DNA from: a virus
Lineage: Duplodnaviria; Heunggongvirae; Uroviricota; Caudoviricetes
Length of the DNA: 64,000 nucleotides
IMG/VR virus record: IMGVR_UViG_3300019935_000001
Location: 36,145 to 100,144 of that record
Direction: 5' to 3' (one strand)
Under the pieces are notes generated by a model that was not told where the DNA came from, did no database searches, and saw only the letters and a list, made by a program, of their open reading frames with translations. The first letter of the stretch is position 1. Each line of letters opens with the position of its first letter. The position numbers and the translations under genes are program-made. Of this stretch, positions 1 through 9,269 are shown piece after piece.

Positions 1-191
1 TCGTCCGCAGTGTGCCAGTGACGCTCGGCGAAGAGGGCCTTGAGTTCATGGCAGAGCTCCACCGCGCAACTGCAGAGATCGAGAGCGGCAAAACACCGAG
101 CCGAATCCTTGCCGACATGATAGAGCACCCAACCCTTCCAGCTGAAAAGATTTTCAGTAGTCACTCGCTGCACCTCAGAATCGCGGCGTAA
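1..191 (+). CDS. 3' end of an unknown CDS running in from upstream (partial)
   Basis: Open plus-strand frame from the window edge to TAA at 189-191, with protein-like translation (..LEFMAELHRATAEIESGKTPSRILADMIEHP..). Convergent with the rep stop. Short, so weakly supported. Confidence 0.25.
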   Translation, partial: VRSVPVTLGEEGLEFMAELHRATAEIESGKTPSRILADMIEHPTLPAEKIFSSHSLHLRIAA

Positions 192-1305
192 CCCACCGAC
201 CGGTTTGGATTAGATTCAAGCAGACGTTGATTCCCTTCTGAACCGGCCACCACTCCATCGAACCAAACTTCAACGACCAGTCGATCTCCCTAAGCAAGGT
301 CTTCACCCGATCTGGAGCAATCCCCATTTTCTCAAGTCTGGTTTTCACCTGCAGACGAATGTGCGGAAACATCTTCCACGAATCGCGCGAATGCGCTCCT
401 GTTGTCGTATAACATATCTCCGTAGGAGATTTATTTACCTTAGTACTTTGTGTCCCAGATTTGCGACCCCCCTGGCTGTCACCTCTGACACCCCCGCTGT
501 GAGTATCTTTTGTCAGTTCGGGCTGACTTGTCAGAGCGTTTCTAAGCGCGTTCAAATGCCGAATTGCTGTATTGTCACTACTTCTCTGTTTGCGCTCGTT
601 CTGAGCTAAAGCAGAGCGTTCTGCGGGCACATTCTCGCCGGGTTTCGGCTGTAGATTTCGATCTGAACAACCTTCTTCACATGTGCTGTGCTGAAAATCA
701 TAGTCGCGGATAGTCGCGATATATTCTGGTTGTTCAATTTGATCTTTGTAGTAGTCGCGGATAGTCTCGCTAATATCGTCTGGTTGCTCGCATAGTCCCG
801 GATAGTCGCGGTATTCATTGATTTTATTGTTAGAGTCGCGAACAGTCGCGGGGCAATCTTTCTTTACCTTCCGAATCTCTTCAAACTCATGTGCCGTTAT
901 CTGCTTGCTGATCACCTCGCGGGGGGTCGCGGACTTTCGTATCTTTTCCATTTCCTTCATCGGTAGTCGCGGACCATAGATGTTAGGCAAACTCTCACCG
1001 TCTGTTCCATTTCTCGTGACCACCAAAAGATAACCACCTTCCCGAAGCTCTTTGATTAATCGCCAGATAGTTGACTCCGACTTGCCTGTCGCAACTTTAA
1101 GGTAAGTCGCGGAGGCTTCAGTCTTCATGCCTGGTTTAAGCGCTGCCAACCTGTAAAGATTCAGCCACAGGATTTTGGCGGCGTCTGACAAGCCTGATCT
1201 CAGAAGCACATGGTCAATTACAGATGTCGCAAGGATGCGATATTCGTATCGCTCGTTGAGATATTGAAGCTGCTTCTCTGAGCAGGGTTCACACGGTCTG
1301 GACAT
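175..1305 (-). CDS. Iteron-type replication initiator protein (winged-helix Rep); candidate origin iterons lie inside the gene, as in lambda O
   Basis: 376 aa. N-terminal wHTH-like region (YLKVATGKSESTIWRLIKELREGGYL). Good RBS (AAGGGGA) 7 nt before the ATG at 1305. The central region is encoded by reiterated AGTCGCGGATAGTCGCG DNA repeats that give TIRDY peptide repeats. Sits next to parAB and the parS sites. Confidence 0.55.
   Translation of the reverse strand: MSRPCEPCSEKQLQYLNERYEYRILATSVIDHVLLRSGLSDAAKILWLNLYRLAALKPGMKTEASATYLKVATGKSESTIWRLIKELREGGYLLVVTRNGTDGESLPNIYGPRLPMKEMEKIRKSATPREVISKQITAHEFEEIRKVKKDCPATVRDSNNKINEYRDYPGLCEQPDDISETIRDYYKDQIEQPEYIATIRDYDFQHSTCEEGCSDRNLQPKPGENVPAERSALAQNERKQRSSDNTAIRHLNALRNALTSQPELTKDTHSGGVRGDSQGGRKSGTQSTKVNKSPTEICYTTTGAHSRDSWKMFPHIRLQVKTRLEKMGIAPDRVKTLLREIDWSLKFGSMEWWPVQKGINVCLNLIQTGRWVTPRF
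695..980. repeat. Iteron array (about 9-10 copies of an AGTCGCG(G/A) core, spaced about one helical turn) inside the rep coding region; candidate plasmid origin
   Basis: Direct repeats at about 701, 711, 752, 762, 793, 803, 834, 844 and 965 (tagtcgcggatagtcgcg, gagtcgcgaacagtcgcgg and similar). The same GTCGCG core recurs as an inverted repeat at 1330-1348 and at 2428, 2447, 2489 and 3366 inside parB/parA. Confidence 0.55.
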
Positions 1306-1323
1306 TGCTGTTCCCCTTAAACG

Positions 1324-1348
1324 AAAAAAGGGTCGCGAAGCGCGACCC
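1324..1348 (-). terminator. GC hairpin (GGGTCGCG-AAG-CGCGACCC) followed by a U-run on the minus strand; terminator or attenuator between parS/parAB and rep, and a possible Rep operator
   Basis: Perfect 8-bp stem with an A6 run on the plus strand, i.e. a U6 run on the minus-strand RNA after the hairpin. The stem carries two inverted copies of the iteron core GTCGCG. Lies 18 nt upstream of the rep RBS. Confidence 0.5.
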
Positions 1349-1408
1349 TTTGGTGGTTGAGTAGTGTTGAGGCATTAAAAAAGGCCGCATTAAGCGACCT
1401 TTTCTTGT

Positions 1409-1600
1409 TTTGTCGTACCGGTACGACAAATGCGATTTTGGGTTATCTGGCGGGGGCGTACTGTATCTCATGGCCTCTTCTTCAATTCTGTCGTACCGGT
1501 ACGACAAACCTGCTTTGCCATACCTTTCTGATTTTGTCGTACCGGTACGACAAACGGTTTGTCATACCCTTTTTCTGTTTTGTCGTACCGGTACGACAAA
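1409..1600. repeat. parS-like centromere array: four copies of the perfect palindrome TTTGTCGTACCGGTACGACAAA
   Basis: Copies at 1409-1430, 1488-1508, 1533-1554 and 1579-1600, with conserved T-rich left flanks. Immediately downstream of the parB stop (1601). Confidence 0.7.
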
Positions 1601-2659
1601 TTACTTCACTTTGGCTTCTGCCAGCTCCAGTAAGACCTTCAGGCAGTCATCTACAGAGACATGCTCAAGCAGATCCTTGCGCAGAGAGATCGTAGGGGTG
1701 CCATTGCTGTCGTTGCGGACAGTGAAGCACTCCTGACCATTCACCTTCACAGTGTTGGTCTTTGAATTTGTCGTACCGGTACGACAATGCTCTGTCACCT
1801 TGGAAACGCTGATCTTCCCATCACGTATTTTATCTGCGATCTCAACCAGCTTTGGTATGTTCTGCTCATTGTCACTGCAAAGGCGAGAGAGCAGTTTAAC
1901 CATCTTCAGGCCAACACCTGACATTGGGCCAATAGCTTCTATCAGGCCCCCTGGTAACTTTGTGTATGCCAGATGTTCGCTAATAACCCGACGATCCCGC
2001 TCAAGAGCCACTGCCAGTGCAGACTGGCTTTTATAGACGCCATCGTTGAGCAGCTTGCTCCAGAACATGGCGTCAGCCCATGCTGATAAGCCATCACGCT
2101 TGTCATTCTCCAGCTGCTGGACACGAGCTGCCTCGGCATCAGTAAGTGTCCGGACATTGGCCGGTACTTTGATTCCAAGCTCCAGACAGGCTTTCCAGCG
2201 ACGACGGCCCGCGATCACTTCAAATGAACCCGGTTGGGACGTGTCGGGGCGCACGATGATCGGAACCTCAATGCCTTCGGCTATAGACTTAACGAACTCG
2301 TCCCAGTTGCCAAACTCAGACTCCGGGCGATTCGCATACTTCCAGGGTTTGATTTTTTCAGCAGGGATCAGCCGAACCAGAAATTTATCATCTGGCTTTT
2401 GTGTGGACTTATCGTAGGTAGTCGCGGGCCTCTTCTTTCCTGAACTGCCAGTCGCGGTAGATTTTTCAGCTGCCTTGTTTTTGGCAGCCCGCGACTCTTC
2501 TTTCTTTGGCGCAGGTGAATCCGTTTCCGCTGCAGGAATTTCCAGCGCAGACAGGTTCAGGCCACTAATATCTGCCTTCGGAGCTTGTCTGTCCCGGAAT
2601 TGTTCGGACTGTGCCAACATCGCACCCATTGCGCCTGTCAGCTTCTTGTCACCAGCCAT
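1601..2659 (-). CDS. parB: ParB partition protein (centromere-binding)
   Basis: 352 aa. ParB box VIAGRRRWKA. Overlaps and is coupled to the upstream ParA gene. Followed by the palindromic parS array. Confidence 0.85.
   Translation of the reverse strand: MAGDKKLTGAMGAMLAQSEQFRDRQAPKADISGLNLSALEIPAAETDSPAPKKEESRAAKNKAAEKSTATGSSGKKRPATTYDKSTQKPDDKFLVRLIPAEKIKPWKYANRPESEFGNWDEFVKSIAEGIEVPIIVRPDTSQPGSFEVIAGRRRWKACLELGIKVPANVRTLTDAEAARVQQLENDKRDGLSAWADAMFWSKLLNDGVYKSQSALAVALERDRRVISEHLAYTKLPGGLIEAIGPMSGVGLKMVKLLSRLCSDNEQNIPKLVEIADKIRDGKISVSKVTEHCRTGTTNSKTNTVKVNGQECFTVRNDSNGTPTISLRKDLLEHVSVDDCLKVLLELAEAKVK
1767..1787. repeat. Fifth parS-like palindrome, embedded in the 3' coding region of parB
   Basis: TTTGTCGTACCGGTACGACAA is identical to the intergenic copies and lies inside the parB C-terminal coding sequence. 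Confidence 0.65.
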
Positions 2660-2662
2660 TTA

Positions 2663-3826
2663 TTAATCCATCCCCCACACTCGGCAATAATCTTCAAAGA
2701 TCTCGCCGTATACCAGGTTGAAGTTATCGATTGCCCGCTTATAGGACTCACGGCTCGACAGAGGCTTGTTAAGGTCATAGACGCTTGTCAGTTGCTCACA
2801 CGCCTTCTCGACCTCTGTGGTCTGCACAATGGCGTTACTGAGGACGTATTCGCCGTATAATTCCCTGATGTCAGACTCGACCTTCCGGGCCGTCTGAGTG
2901 CCGCTGTGTTTCGTGATCAAGATACGCACGTAGTCCATCTTCTTGTCTACTGCATCGAACAGAACAGACAGGGAGTTGGAGAACATCACGAACGAAGCCA
3001 GGTCGTAGGTGGCCGGAGGCACTGGGATAACCATGGCGTCCGCTGCGATCAGAGCATTCGTTGTAAGAGCGCCCATGTTCGGCGGGCAGTCGATCAGAAT
3101 CAGGTCGTATATAGGGCGGAGGGCATCCACGACGCGCTTCAGGCGAAGTAGAGGCTCACCCATCTTGCGGGAATTGTTAACGTCCCGGTTCGGGAGAGCC
3201 AGGTCAAGATCCTGAATGCCCAGGTTAGCCGGAATCAGATGGACATTCGGAACGTAAGTCTGACGGATCACATTCTGCAGTGCTGAGTAGTCCTCAAGAA
3301 GCACTGGGTGAATGGTATCTTCAATTGTCAGTTCCAGGTCCGGGATGAATGGCCCCAGCGAGAAGGTCGCGGATGCTTGAGGGTCGAGATCGATAACCAG
3401 AACCTTCATGCCTTTGTTCGAGGCCATATAGTGAGCCTCATTGACAACGCTCGTGGTTTTGCCAACGCCACCCTTGAAGTTACTTGATGCCTTTACGATG
3501 GCACCAGTACCAGAGGGTTTCTGAAAGCCTGTACCAAGCTGTTCGCGCAGTTCCTGGATACGATGAAGGGTGTAGATCTTGCGACCGTTTGTGCCTTTCG
3601 GCGTGTCCTTGTCGTGTTCTCGGAGCCAAGGTACAGAGCGACCAATCATGGCTGCGGCTTCGGCAACACCATATGTCCGTGGCTCTTTCAGGGTCTTTGG
3701 GGAAACTATCGAGGCACGTAGCTCTTCGAGTTTTGCGCTCCCTTTACGATTGAAGTTGGCAAAAGTCTCGCCCGCGTTTTCCATGGCAAGCCGTGACTTT
3801 ACTGTATCGAAGAGGTCTTCTGACAT
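2663..3826 (-). CDS. parA: ParA partition ATPase, type Ia (extended N-terminal domain)
   Basis: 387 aa. Deviant Walker A KGGVGKTT. About 100-aa N-terminal extension typical of P1 ParA / F SopA-type autoregulatory ParA. Confidence 0.85.
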   Translation of the reverse strand: MSEDLFDTVKSRLAMENAGETFANFNRKGSAKLEELRASIVSPKTLKEPRTYGVAEAAAMIGRSVPWLREHDKDTPKGTNGRKIYTLHRIQELREQLGTGFQKPSGTGAIVKASSNFKGGVGKTTSVVNEAHYMASNKGMKVLVIDLDPQASATFSLGPFIPDLELTIEDTIHPVLLEDYSALQNVIRQTYVPNVHLIPANLGIQDLDLALPNRDVNNSRKMGEPLLRLKRVVDALRPIYDLILIDCPPNMGALTTNALIAADAMVIPVPPATYDLASFVMFSNSLSVLFDAVDKKMDYVRILITKHSGTQTARKVESDIRELYGEYVLSNAIVQTTEVEKACEQLTSVYDLNKPLSSRESYKRAIDNFNLVYGEIFEDYCRVWGMD

Positions 3827-4067
3827 TTGATGGTATCTCTGTACTTTGTCCTATATGGCAAATTTAAAGCCATAAGTAGGCAAAAGCAAGGTTTTCTCAA
3901 AAATATGGCAAAAGGGTTATTTTAGGGAAAATAAAAGGTGGCATCGAAATGCCACTTTTTAACTGCTAAGGCCCAAAATGCTAGTGAAGTTAGGCCTGGA
4001 ATGTTTGCTATAAAGGGCCTGTGTTTACAGTTGTCTACAAGGGATGACCTCTATGAAGCAGAAGCCG

Positions 4068-4502
4068 CTAGTCATTCGACTGGTAATACTCTCTTATCAA
4101 TTGGTCGATTTTGGCCTGCAACTCAGGGTCGTAACTGCGCTTCTTGGTACCAGATTGTCTAAGTGCATTTAGTACCGCCTGCGTTGAGCCAATTTCAAGG
4201 TCAGATTTGGGTAACAGGTTTACTGCATCGAGTGCTGAAGATACGCCGTCCAGGTATTCTCTAATACACAGGATGGCAAAATTTGCTGGGTCTATCTCGA
4301 TAGCTTTTGCCAGCCTGACTGCCTTGTCGATAGGGACTTTGTATTTACCCTGGCGAATCATTGCAATGTTGTTGCCAAGCTTGAAGCCTGCTGCTTCAGC
4401 TATTTCCTGATGTGGCGTCTCTGCAAAGTCATTGAAGACGGTCTTGTCTACAAGCTCAGCGACCGGACACTCAAGGTTTTCGTGCCGTGTTTTACGTCTC
4501 AT
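4068..4502 (-). CDS. HTH DNA-binding protein (Cro/CI-like putative regulator)
   Basis: 144 aa with a central HTH-like stretch (NNIAMIRQGKYKVPIDKAVRLAKAIEI). Divergent from the long AT-rich intergenic region 4503-5188. Confidence 0.45.
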   Translation of the reverse strand: MRRKTRHENLECPVAELVDKTVFNDFAETPHQEIAEAAGFKLGNNIAMIRQGKYKVPIDKAVRLAKAIEIDPANFAILCIREYLDGVSSALDAVNLLPKSDLEIGSTQAVLNALRQSGTKKRSYDPELQAKIDQLIREYYQSND

Positions 4503-4899
4503 TTCTCTGTCTCTCTGTAAAGGCGCATGTGTCCCTTTCGACCAAACCGGATGCCGTCCGAGTTTCCCCTTCCGTTTTGATCACGCTAAGCAAAAGTTTA
4601 TAGAATCAGCTGTTATAAGTAAATCAGCACCTACTAACAATAACGCTTAATTGTTAACGCGGATAGTTTGTCAGTTCTGCCTTATTAAATAGGCATTACA
4701 TTGCCTCGTCAAATTCTATAGGAAATATTCTTAATTTTGACTGATCATTCTGCTTAATATTTACTGACACTTACGAAGCTAAGGAGGGCTTAACTAAGTT
4801 TATAAGTTTGCTCTTACAATCTAACTATTAAACTTGTACTATCCCGTTTCGCTGATTTTTGTCAGCAAAATCGTTTGAAGACTGAGTATTGGATGTATC

Positions 4900-5100
4900 A
4901 TGAATCAAAAACCACAAGCATTGACTGCGGAGCAGTTCGTAGAGTTCCTCGAAATGGCTGTGATCTCCCACTCTGAAAGGATGGGCGCGAACACCATCTA
5001 CACGGTGAGAATCCCGGAGGGTGATGGACACTATGATGCTTCGCTCATTAACTGCTGTGACGGCTCCGACTTCATGATTCGCCATACGTCTGTTTGCTGA
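4900..5100 (+). CDS. Hypothetical small protein
   Basis: 66-aa ORF in the AT-rich intergenic region with a weak RBS. Followed by a G8 tract. Confidence 0.25.
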   Translation: MNQKPQALTAEQFVEFLEMAVISHSERMGANTIYTVRIPEGDGHYDASLINCCDGSDFMIRHTSVC

Positions 5101-5146
5101 GAACACCATGGGGGGGGCAATTTAGCTCCCTTATTTTTCGGTTTAG

Positions 5147-5170
5147 TATATAAGTCAGCTATTACTTATA
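5147..5170. promoter_or_regulatory. Palindromic promoter/operator element upstream of the cobT-like gene (TATATAAGTCAGCTATTACTTATA)
   Basis: Family member 20 nt before the ATG at 5189. Confidence 0.5.
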
Positions 5171-5188
5171 TTAAAGACGAGAGCGAAT

Positions 5189-7360
5189 ATGAACGGAAAG
5201 CAAAAACGTATACAGGTGATCAGAGAAGCGATGCTCAAGGTGGCCCGAATTATGGCCGGTCGTGGAATCAAGATCACTCAGGCGGGCACTGGTGCTTTTG
5301 TTCGGTATAACAGTCACACTGGCTGTATCGAAAGGATCAACATTCCGATGATCCCGGACGATGCCAGCGAAGATTTGATCCACGCAACGCATGGTTTCCT
5401 GGATCACGAGATCGGGCATGTGCTTTTTACTGAGTACGAATGCTTTGCAAAAGCGAACAGGGCCAAATGCGGCGTCTTGTTCAACATTGCGGAAGACACC
5501 TATGTTGAGCGAATGATGCAGTCCGAGTTCACAGGTTCAATCAGTAACCTGGGCAAGTCATGCCAAATCATGACTGAAAGGTACATTGAGCCGAAGCTCC
5601 GGGAGCTGCTGGCGCACACCGTTCCAACCGAAAAGGATTGGTGGGGGCTGTTATGTGCAACCTCTATCCGGGCAATAGCCGGGCAGGAGCACTTCATCGA
5701 TTACATGAACCAGGACGATAAGTGGGATCTGATCCCGAACTTCGGAAAGGTTCTGCGAAAGCACGAAGCTGAGATCAAGGCGATCAGTAGTTCACAGGAT
5801 TCGTATGAAGTGGCATTGAAGATCAAACAGGACATGCTGGCAGCTGAGCCCGAGGAGCAGGACAGTGAGCCAGACCAGTCCGGCGGTGACGATCAGCAGA
5901 GCGGTGGAGAAGGTAAAGCTGAAAAGCCGCAGGGTGACAGTGAAGGCGAAACCGATGATGGCACCCGAGCAGACGATACCTTCTCGAAAGGTGAAGGTGA
6001 AAGCTCTGGCGAAGAAGAAAAAGATGATTCTTCTTCATCTAGTAGCAACACACAACATAACAAAGACAGTGAAGATGATGACCAGTCAGACGAATCGGAT
6101 GCTGATAGCGATGACTCAAAGGGCGAGTCCGGCAGTGCTGGCTCCGATAGCGCTGAAGAAGGTGATGGTGAATCCGACGAAGGCCCTGGTGCCGGTGATA
6201 GTTCGGGGGATGGTTCAGACGATGATGAAGACTCTGAATCAGAAGGCAGATCAGGGGGTGCAGGCTCGTCAGCTGGCGGCGATGACGCAGGTGAAGGCGG
6301 CGATAGCGAGATTGATGCAGATGATGTGATTAATGACCCGATGGCTCCGTTGCTGACTGAATCAGAGGTGGAGAGCATGGGTGAAGACTTCGACGATGCG
6401 ATGACAAAGGTTATCGGCGAGATGTCAGCTGATGCACTTAGAGGCTCTGAAGAATATGTGCCGTTCACACGCGACTGGGACGTTATCGAGCCACTGAAGC
6501 TATCAAGAAACTACGATCCGAATCTGGCCGACAAGGTTGCTGATACAGTCAATTACATGGTTGGCACGATGGCGAAAAGTCTGGAGCGTGCATTTCGTGC
6601 AGCCAACCGATCCCGCTGGGAAGGCGGTAAGAAGTCTGGCCGTATTAACAGCGCCGCACTATCCCGATTACTGGCAAACGACCCACGGGTGATGCGTACC
6701 CGCCAGGAGATGAAGACTCGTGATGTAGCTGTTTCTCTATTGGTGGACTGCTCCGGCTCTATGAGTGGGAAGAAGATGGAGGTTGCGTGTCAGACTGCGT
6801 GGGCGCTGGGCGAGGTGCTATCAAAGCTGAATTTGCCTTGTGAGATACTGGGGTTCACAACCTGCAGAATCAAAAACCAGTTCGACCATTTGGAGAAGGA
6901 GCTGGCTGATGTATTCCGTGACGGTACAGGTCAGCAATTCAGCAGGTTCGAGCCGATCTATATACCTATATTCAAATCATTTGATGAGCGGTTTGGTACG
7001 GCAGCTAAAGCACGCCTTGCGGATGCCGCATACGAGGGTATGCGGCGGAAGATGAACTGCAATATTGATGGCGAATCTCTGCTGTACGCAGCCGAGCGCC
7101 TGCGGAAGCGCCCGGAGCCAGGAAAGGTAATGATTGTGTTGTCAGACGGAGCCCCGGCCGGTGTAGGTAAACAACTTGAAGCTCACCTGAAGAAGGTGGT
7201 CAAAGATCTCAATACCGAAGGCATCAACACTGTCGGGATCGGCATCATGAGTCAGGCGGTGAGATCTTACTACCCCCGCCATGTAATCCTGAACAAAGTA
7301 GAGGACCTCCCAAAGGCAGTTGTAGGGGAGCTGCGGGAGGCAATTCTGGCGAAAGACTGA
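5189..7360 (+). CDS. CobT-like protein with C-terminal VWA domain and long acidic low-complexity linker
   Basis: 723 aa. N-terminal CobT-like region. D/E/S-rich low-complexity segment (nt about 5850-6330). C-terminal VWA domain with MIDAS motif DCSGSMSG. Paired with a CobS-like AAA ATPase. Confidence 0.75.
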   Translation: MNGKQKRIQVIREAMLKVARIMAGRGIKITQAGTGAFVRYNSHTGCIERINIPMIPDDASEDLIHATHGFLDHEIGHVLFTEYECFAKANRAKCGVLFNIAEDTYVERMMQSEFTGSISNLGKSCQIMTERYIEPKLRELLAHTVPTEKDWWGLLCATSIRAIAGQEHFIDYMNQDDKWDLIPNFGKVLRKHEAEIKAISSSQDSYEVALKIKQDMLAAEPEEQDSEPDQSGGDDQQSGGEGKAEKPQGDSEGETDDGTRADDTFSKGEGESSGEEEKDDSSSSSSNTQHNKDSEDDDQSDESDADSDDSKGESGSAGSDSAEEGDGESDEGPGAGDSSGDGSDDDEDSESEGRSGGAGSSAGGDDAGEGGDSEIDADDVINDPMAPLLTESEVESMGEDFDDAMTKVIGEMSADALRGSEEYVPFTRDWDVIEPLKLSRNYDPNLADKVADTVNYMVGTMAKSLERAFRAANRSRWEGGKKSGRINSAALSRLLANDPRVMRTRQEMKTRDVAVSLLVDCSGSMSGKKMEVACQTAWALGEVLSKLNLPCEILGFTTCRIKNQFDHLEKELADVFRDGTGQQFSRFEPIYIPIFKSFDERFGTAAKARLADAAYEGMRRKMNCNIDGESLLYAAERLRKRPEPGKVMIVLSDGAPAGVGKQLEAHLKKVVKDLNTEGINTVGIGIMSQAVRSYYPRHVILNKVEDLPKAVVGELREAILAKD

Positions 7361-7372
7361 TTTACCTGTAAA

Positions 7373-7411
7373 AACAGAACAAGAAAGTTGAGTCCCCTTG
7401 CTCTGTTTTTT
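7373..7411 (+). terminator. Rho-independent terminator after the cobT-like gene
   Basis: Stem AACAGAACAAG / CTTGCTCTGTT followed by a T6-7 run. Confidence 0.55.
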
Positions 7412-7414
7412 ACA

Positions 7415-7446
7415 ATGTAAGCTCTTACTTAGCAATTAAGTAGTAA
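7415..7446. promoter_or_regulatory. Palindromic-family element variant upstream of the cobS-like gene (ATGTAAGCTCTTACTTAGCAATTAAGTAGTAA)
   Basis: TAAGCTCTTACTTA core plus TAAGTAGTAA. Followed by the leader GACACACTAGAGACGG. Confidence 0.4.
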
Positions 7447-7471
7447 CGACACACTAGAGACGGACAGAAGA

Positions 7472-8683
7472 ATGACGACCAAAGCTATCAACTGCGAAAT
7501 CTGTGGCGCATCGGTTCACACGATCAAAAAGCACCTGCGTGACGAGCACGAAGAGTGGACTCTGGAAAAGTATCAGGAAGAGTTCCCGGACGCTCCAATC
7601 TTCTCTGAGCTGGCGCTGCGGAAGATTGAAGAGGCCCGCAGTAGAACAAAAGCATCGGTCACGCAACTGGCAGAAGCTAATCCGGCTCAGCAGATCATCG
7701 AGCAGCAGAGCGTTAAGGTCGGAAAGATCGAGATGGGCAAAGCGTTCCGTCTGGGCAACACGAAAGCGACAGTCTCCCAAAAGTCTGGAAACCCGATCAT
7801 GATCACTCAGCTGCAGCGGGATAGCGTCAACTCGCCAGATATGATCCCGGAGTTCGATGATGGCTATATCTTCGACATTGAAGTCCTGAAAACGCTGTTG
7901 ATGGGCATCGAGCTGAGCATTCCTACTTACCTGTATGGTCATGCCGGTTTGGGAAAATCAACCATCTTTGAGCAGATTGCATCTGTCACCAACCGCCCGA
8001 TTCGTCGTGTGCAGCATACGGTGAATACAGAGGAATCTCACATCGTTGGTCAGTACGTTGTGAATCATGTGGAAGACCCGAAGACGGGCGAGCTGAAGGC
8101 GAAGACTGAGTTCCAGCTCGGCGATCTGCCGCTGGCGATGATGAACGGTGAGATCTTCCTTGCCGACGAGTACGACCGTGCCTATCCGTCTGTACTGTCT
8201 GTATACCAGGCAGTGCTGGAGGGTAAGCCCCTGCATATCAAGGATGCACCCGAAGAGCTGCGCGTGATCAAACCACATCCGCAATTCAGATTCGTAGCGA
8301 CCGGCAACACAAACGGCGCAGGTGACGACACCGGCTTGTATCAGGCTACGGTCGTACAGGACGCTGCGACATTTGAACGCTTTGGAATCGTTGAACGCAT
8401 CGACTACATGCCGAAGAAGCAGGAGGTTGCAATACTCCGAGCCAAGACCGGTTTGCTGGAAGAAGACGCCTCGGACATCGTGAAGTTTGCTACGCATATC
8501 CGGAAAGACGCCTTCCCGAACGAAGTGTCTCTGACCATCGGCCCGCGTGTGCTACTGAATATTGCCCGCGTCGGTATCGCCCGATTCAACACGCTGAAAG
8601 GTATCGAGGTTGCATACGCGAACCGACTGCCGGAAGCCGAGCGCCAGGCTGCTATGAACTATGCGCAGCGGATCTTCGGCTAA
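7472..8683 (+). CDS. CobS-like / MoxR-family AAA+ ATPase
   Basis: 403 aa. Walker A GHAGLGKST and MoxR-like architecture. Conserved leader ACACACTAGAGAC before the ATG. Confidence 0.75.
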   Translation: MTTKAINCEICGASVHTIKKHLRDEHEEWTLEKYQEEFPDAPIFSELALRKIEEARSRTKASVTQLAEANPAQQIIEQQSVKVGKIEMGKAFRLGNTKATVSQKSGNPIMITQLQRDSVNSPDMIPEFDDGYIFDIEVLKTLLMGIELSIPTYLYGHAGLGKSTIFEQIASVTNRPIRRVQHTVNTEESHIVGQYVVNHVEDPKTGELKAKTEFQLGDLPLAMMNGEIFLADEYDRAYPSVLSVYQAVLEGKPLHIKDAPEELRVIKPHPQFRFVATGNTNGAGDDTGLYQATVVQDAATFERFGIVERIDYMPKKQEVAILRAKTGLLEEDASDIVKFATHIRKDAFPNEVSLTIGPRVLLNIARVGIARFNTLKGIEVAYANRLPEAERQAAMNYAQRIFG

Positions 8684-8693
8684 GGAGCGCGTC

Positions 8694-9269
8694 ATGACAC
8701 GACCACAAAATGCACCAGGCTGTTACGGCGTGGGCATTGCCTCCATGAAGAGTCCTGTCTGTAAAGAATGCGCAGCTCGTGAGGGTTGCGCAGAACGAGC
8801 TGTAGAGAACCTGCAGCTCGCTTCCGAGACGGTTGATGTAACCGATTACCTCGCAGTACATGGCCTGGCGCCAAAGCATAAGGGCGAGATGCCCCGCCAC
8901 TATCTAGCAAAGGTGAAAGTCCGGAAGGCGACTCAGCAGGAGCTGAGCATGTTCACAACTATGCCCGCAAAGGCTCGATCCATTGCAGAGTCATTGGTGA
9001 AGAAGAACATCTGTCTTCACACGAGCCTATCAACGAACCAGAACCCCTTTAACACAAACAAACCTCAGTACCTGAAGCCCGTATTCGACATGATACTGAA
9101 CTCCGGGGCGGTGTCCCGCCGCTCGATTATCGACGCGATCCGCTTATCTGGCAGCTCTGCTGCAACTCAGCGATCTCAGCTGTCAACTGCAATAGGGCTA
9201 CTGGAAGGCACCGGAGTCCTGATCAGAGATGGCGCTGAAAATTACAAGGTAGCAAACCGTGACATTTAA
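8694..9269 (+). CDS. Hypothetical protein with N-terminal Cys cluster (zinc-ribbon-like) and C-terminal wHTH-like region
   Basis: Start moved to ATG 8694 (AGGAG RBS at 8682-8686). Cys pairs CYGVG..CKEC..C. Confidence 0.45.
   Translation: MTRPQNAPGCYGVGIASMKSPVCKECAAREGCAERAVENLQLASETVDVTDYLAVHGLAPKHKGEMPRHYLAKVKVRKATQQELSMFTTMPAKARSIAESLVKKNICLHTSLSTNQNPFNTNKPQYLKPVFDMILNSGAVSRRSIIDAIRLSGSSAATQRSQLSTAIGLLEGTGVLIRDGAENYKVANRDI

Noticed and set aside
1357-1736. ORFs 1357..1695 and 1410..1736 (108-112 aa) overlapping the parS array
   Set aside because: Their sequences are generated by the repeated TTGTCGTACCGGTACGACAA palindromes (repetitive CRTGTTN / SYRYDK peptides) and overlap the parB 3' end. 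They are repeat artefacts, not genes.
5865-6468. ORFs 5865..6329 (+) and 5893..6468 (-) within the cobT-like gene
   Set aside because: Alternative-frame or antisense readings of the acidic low-complexity GA-rich segment. The long in-frame CobT/VWA protein explains the region.
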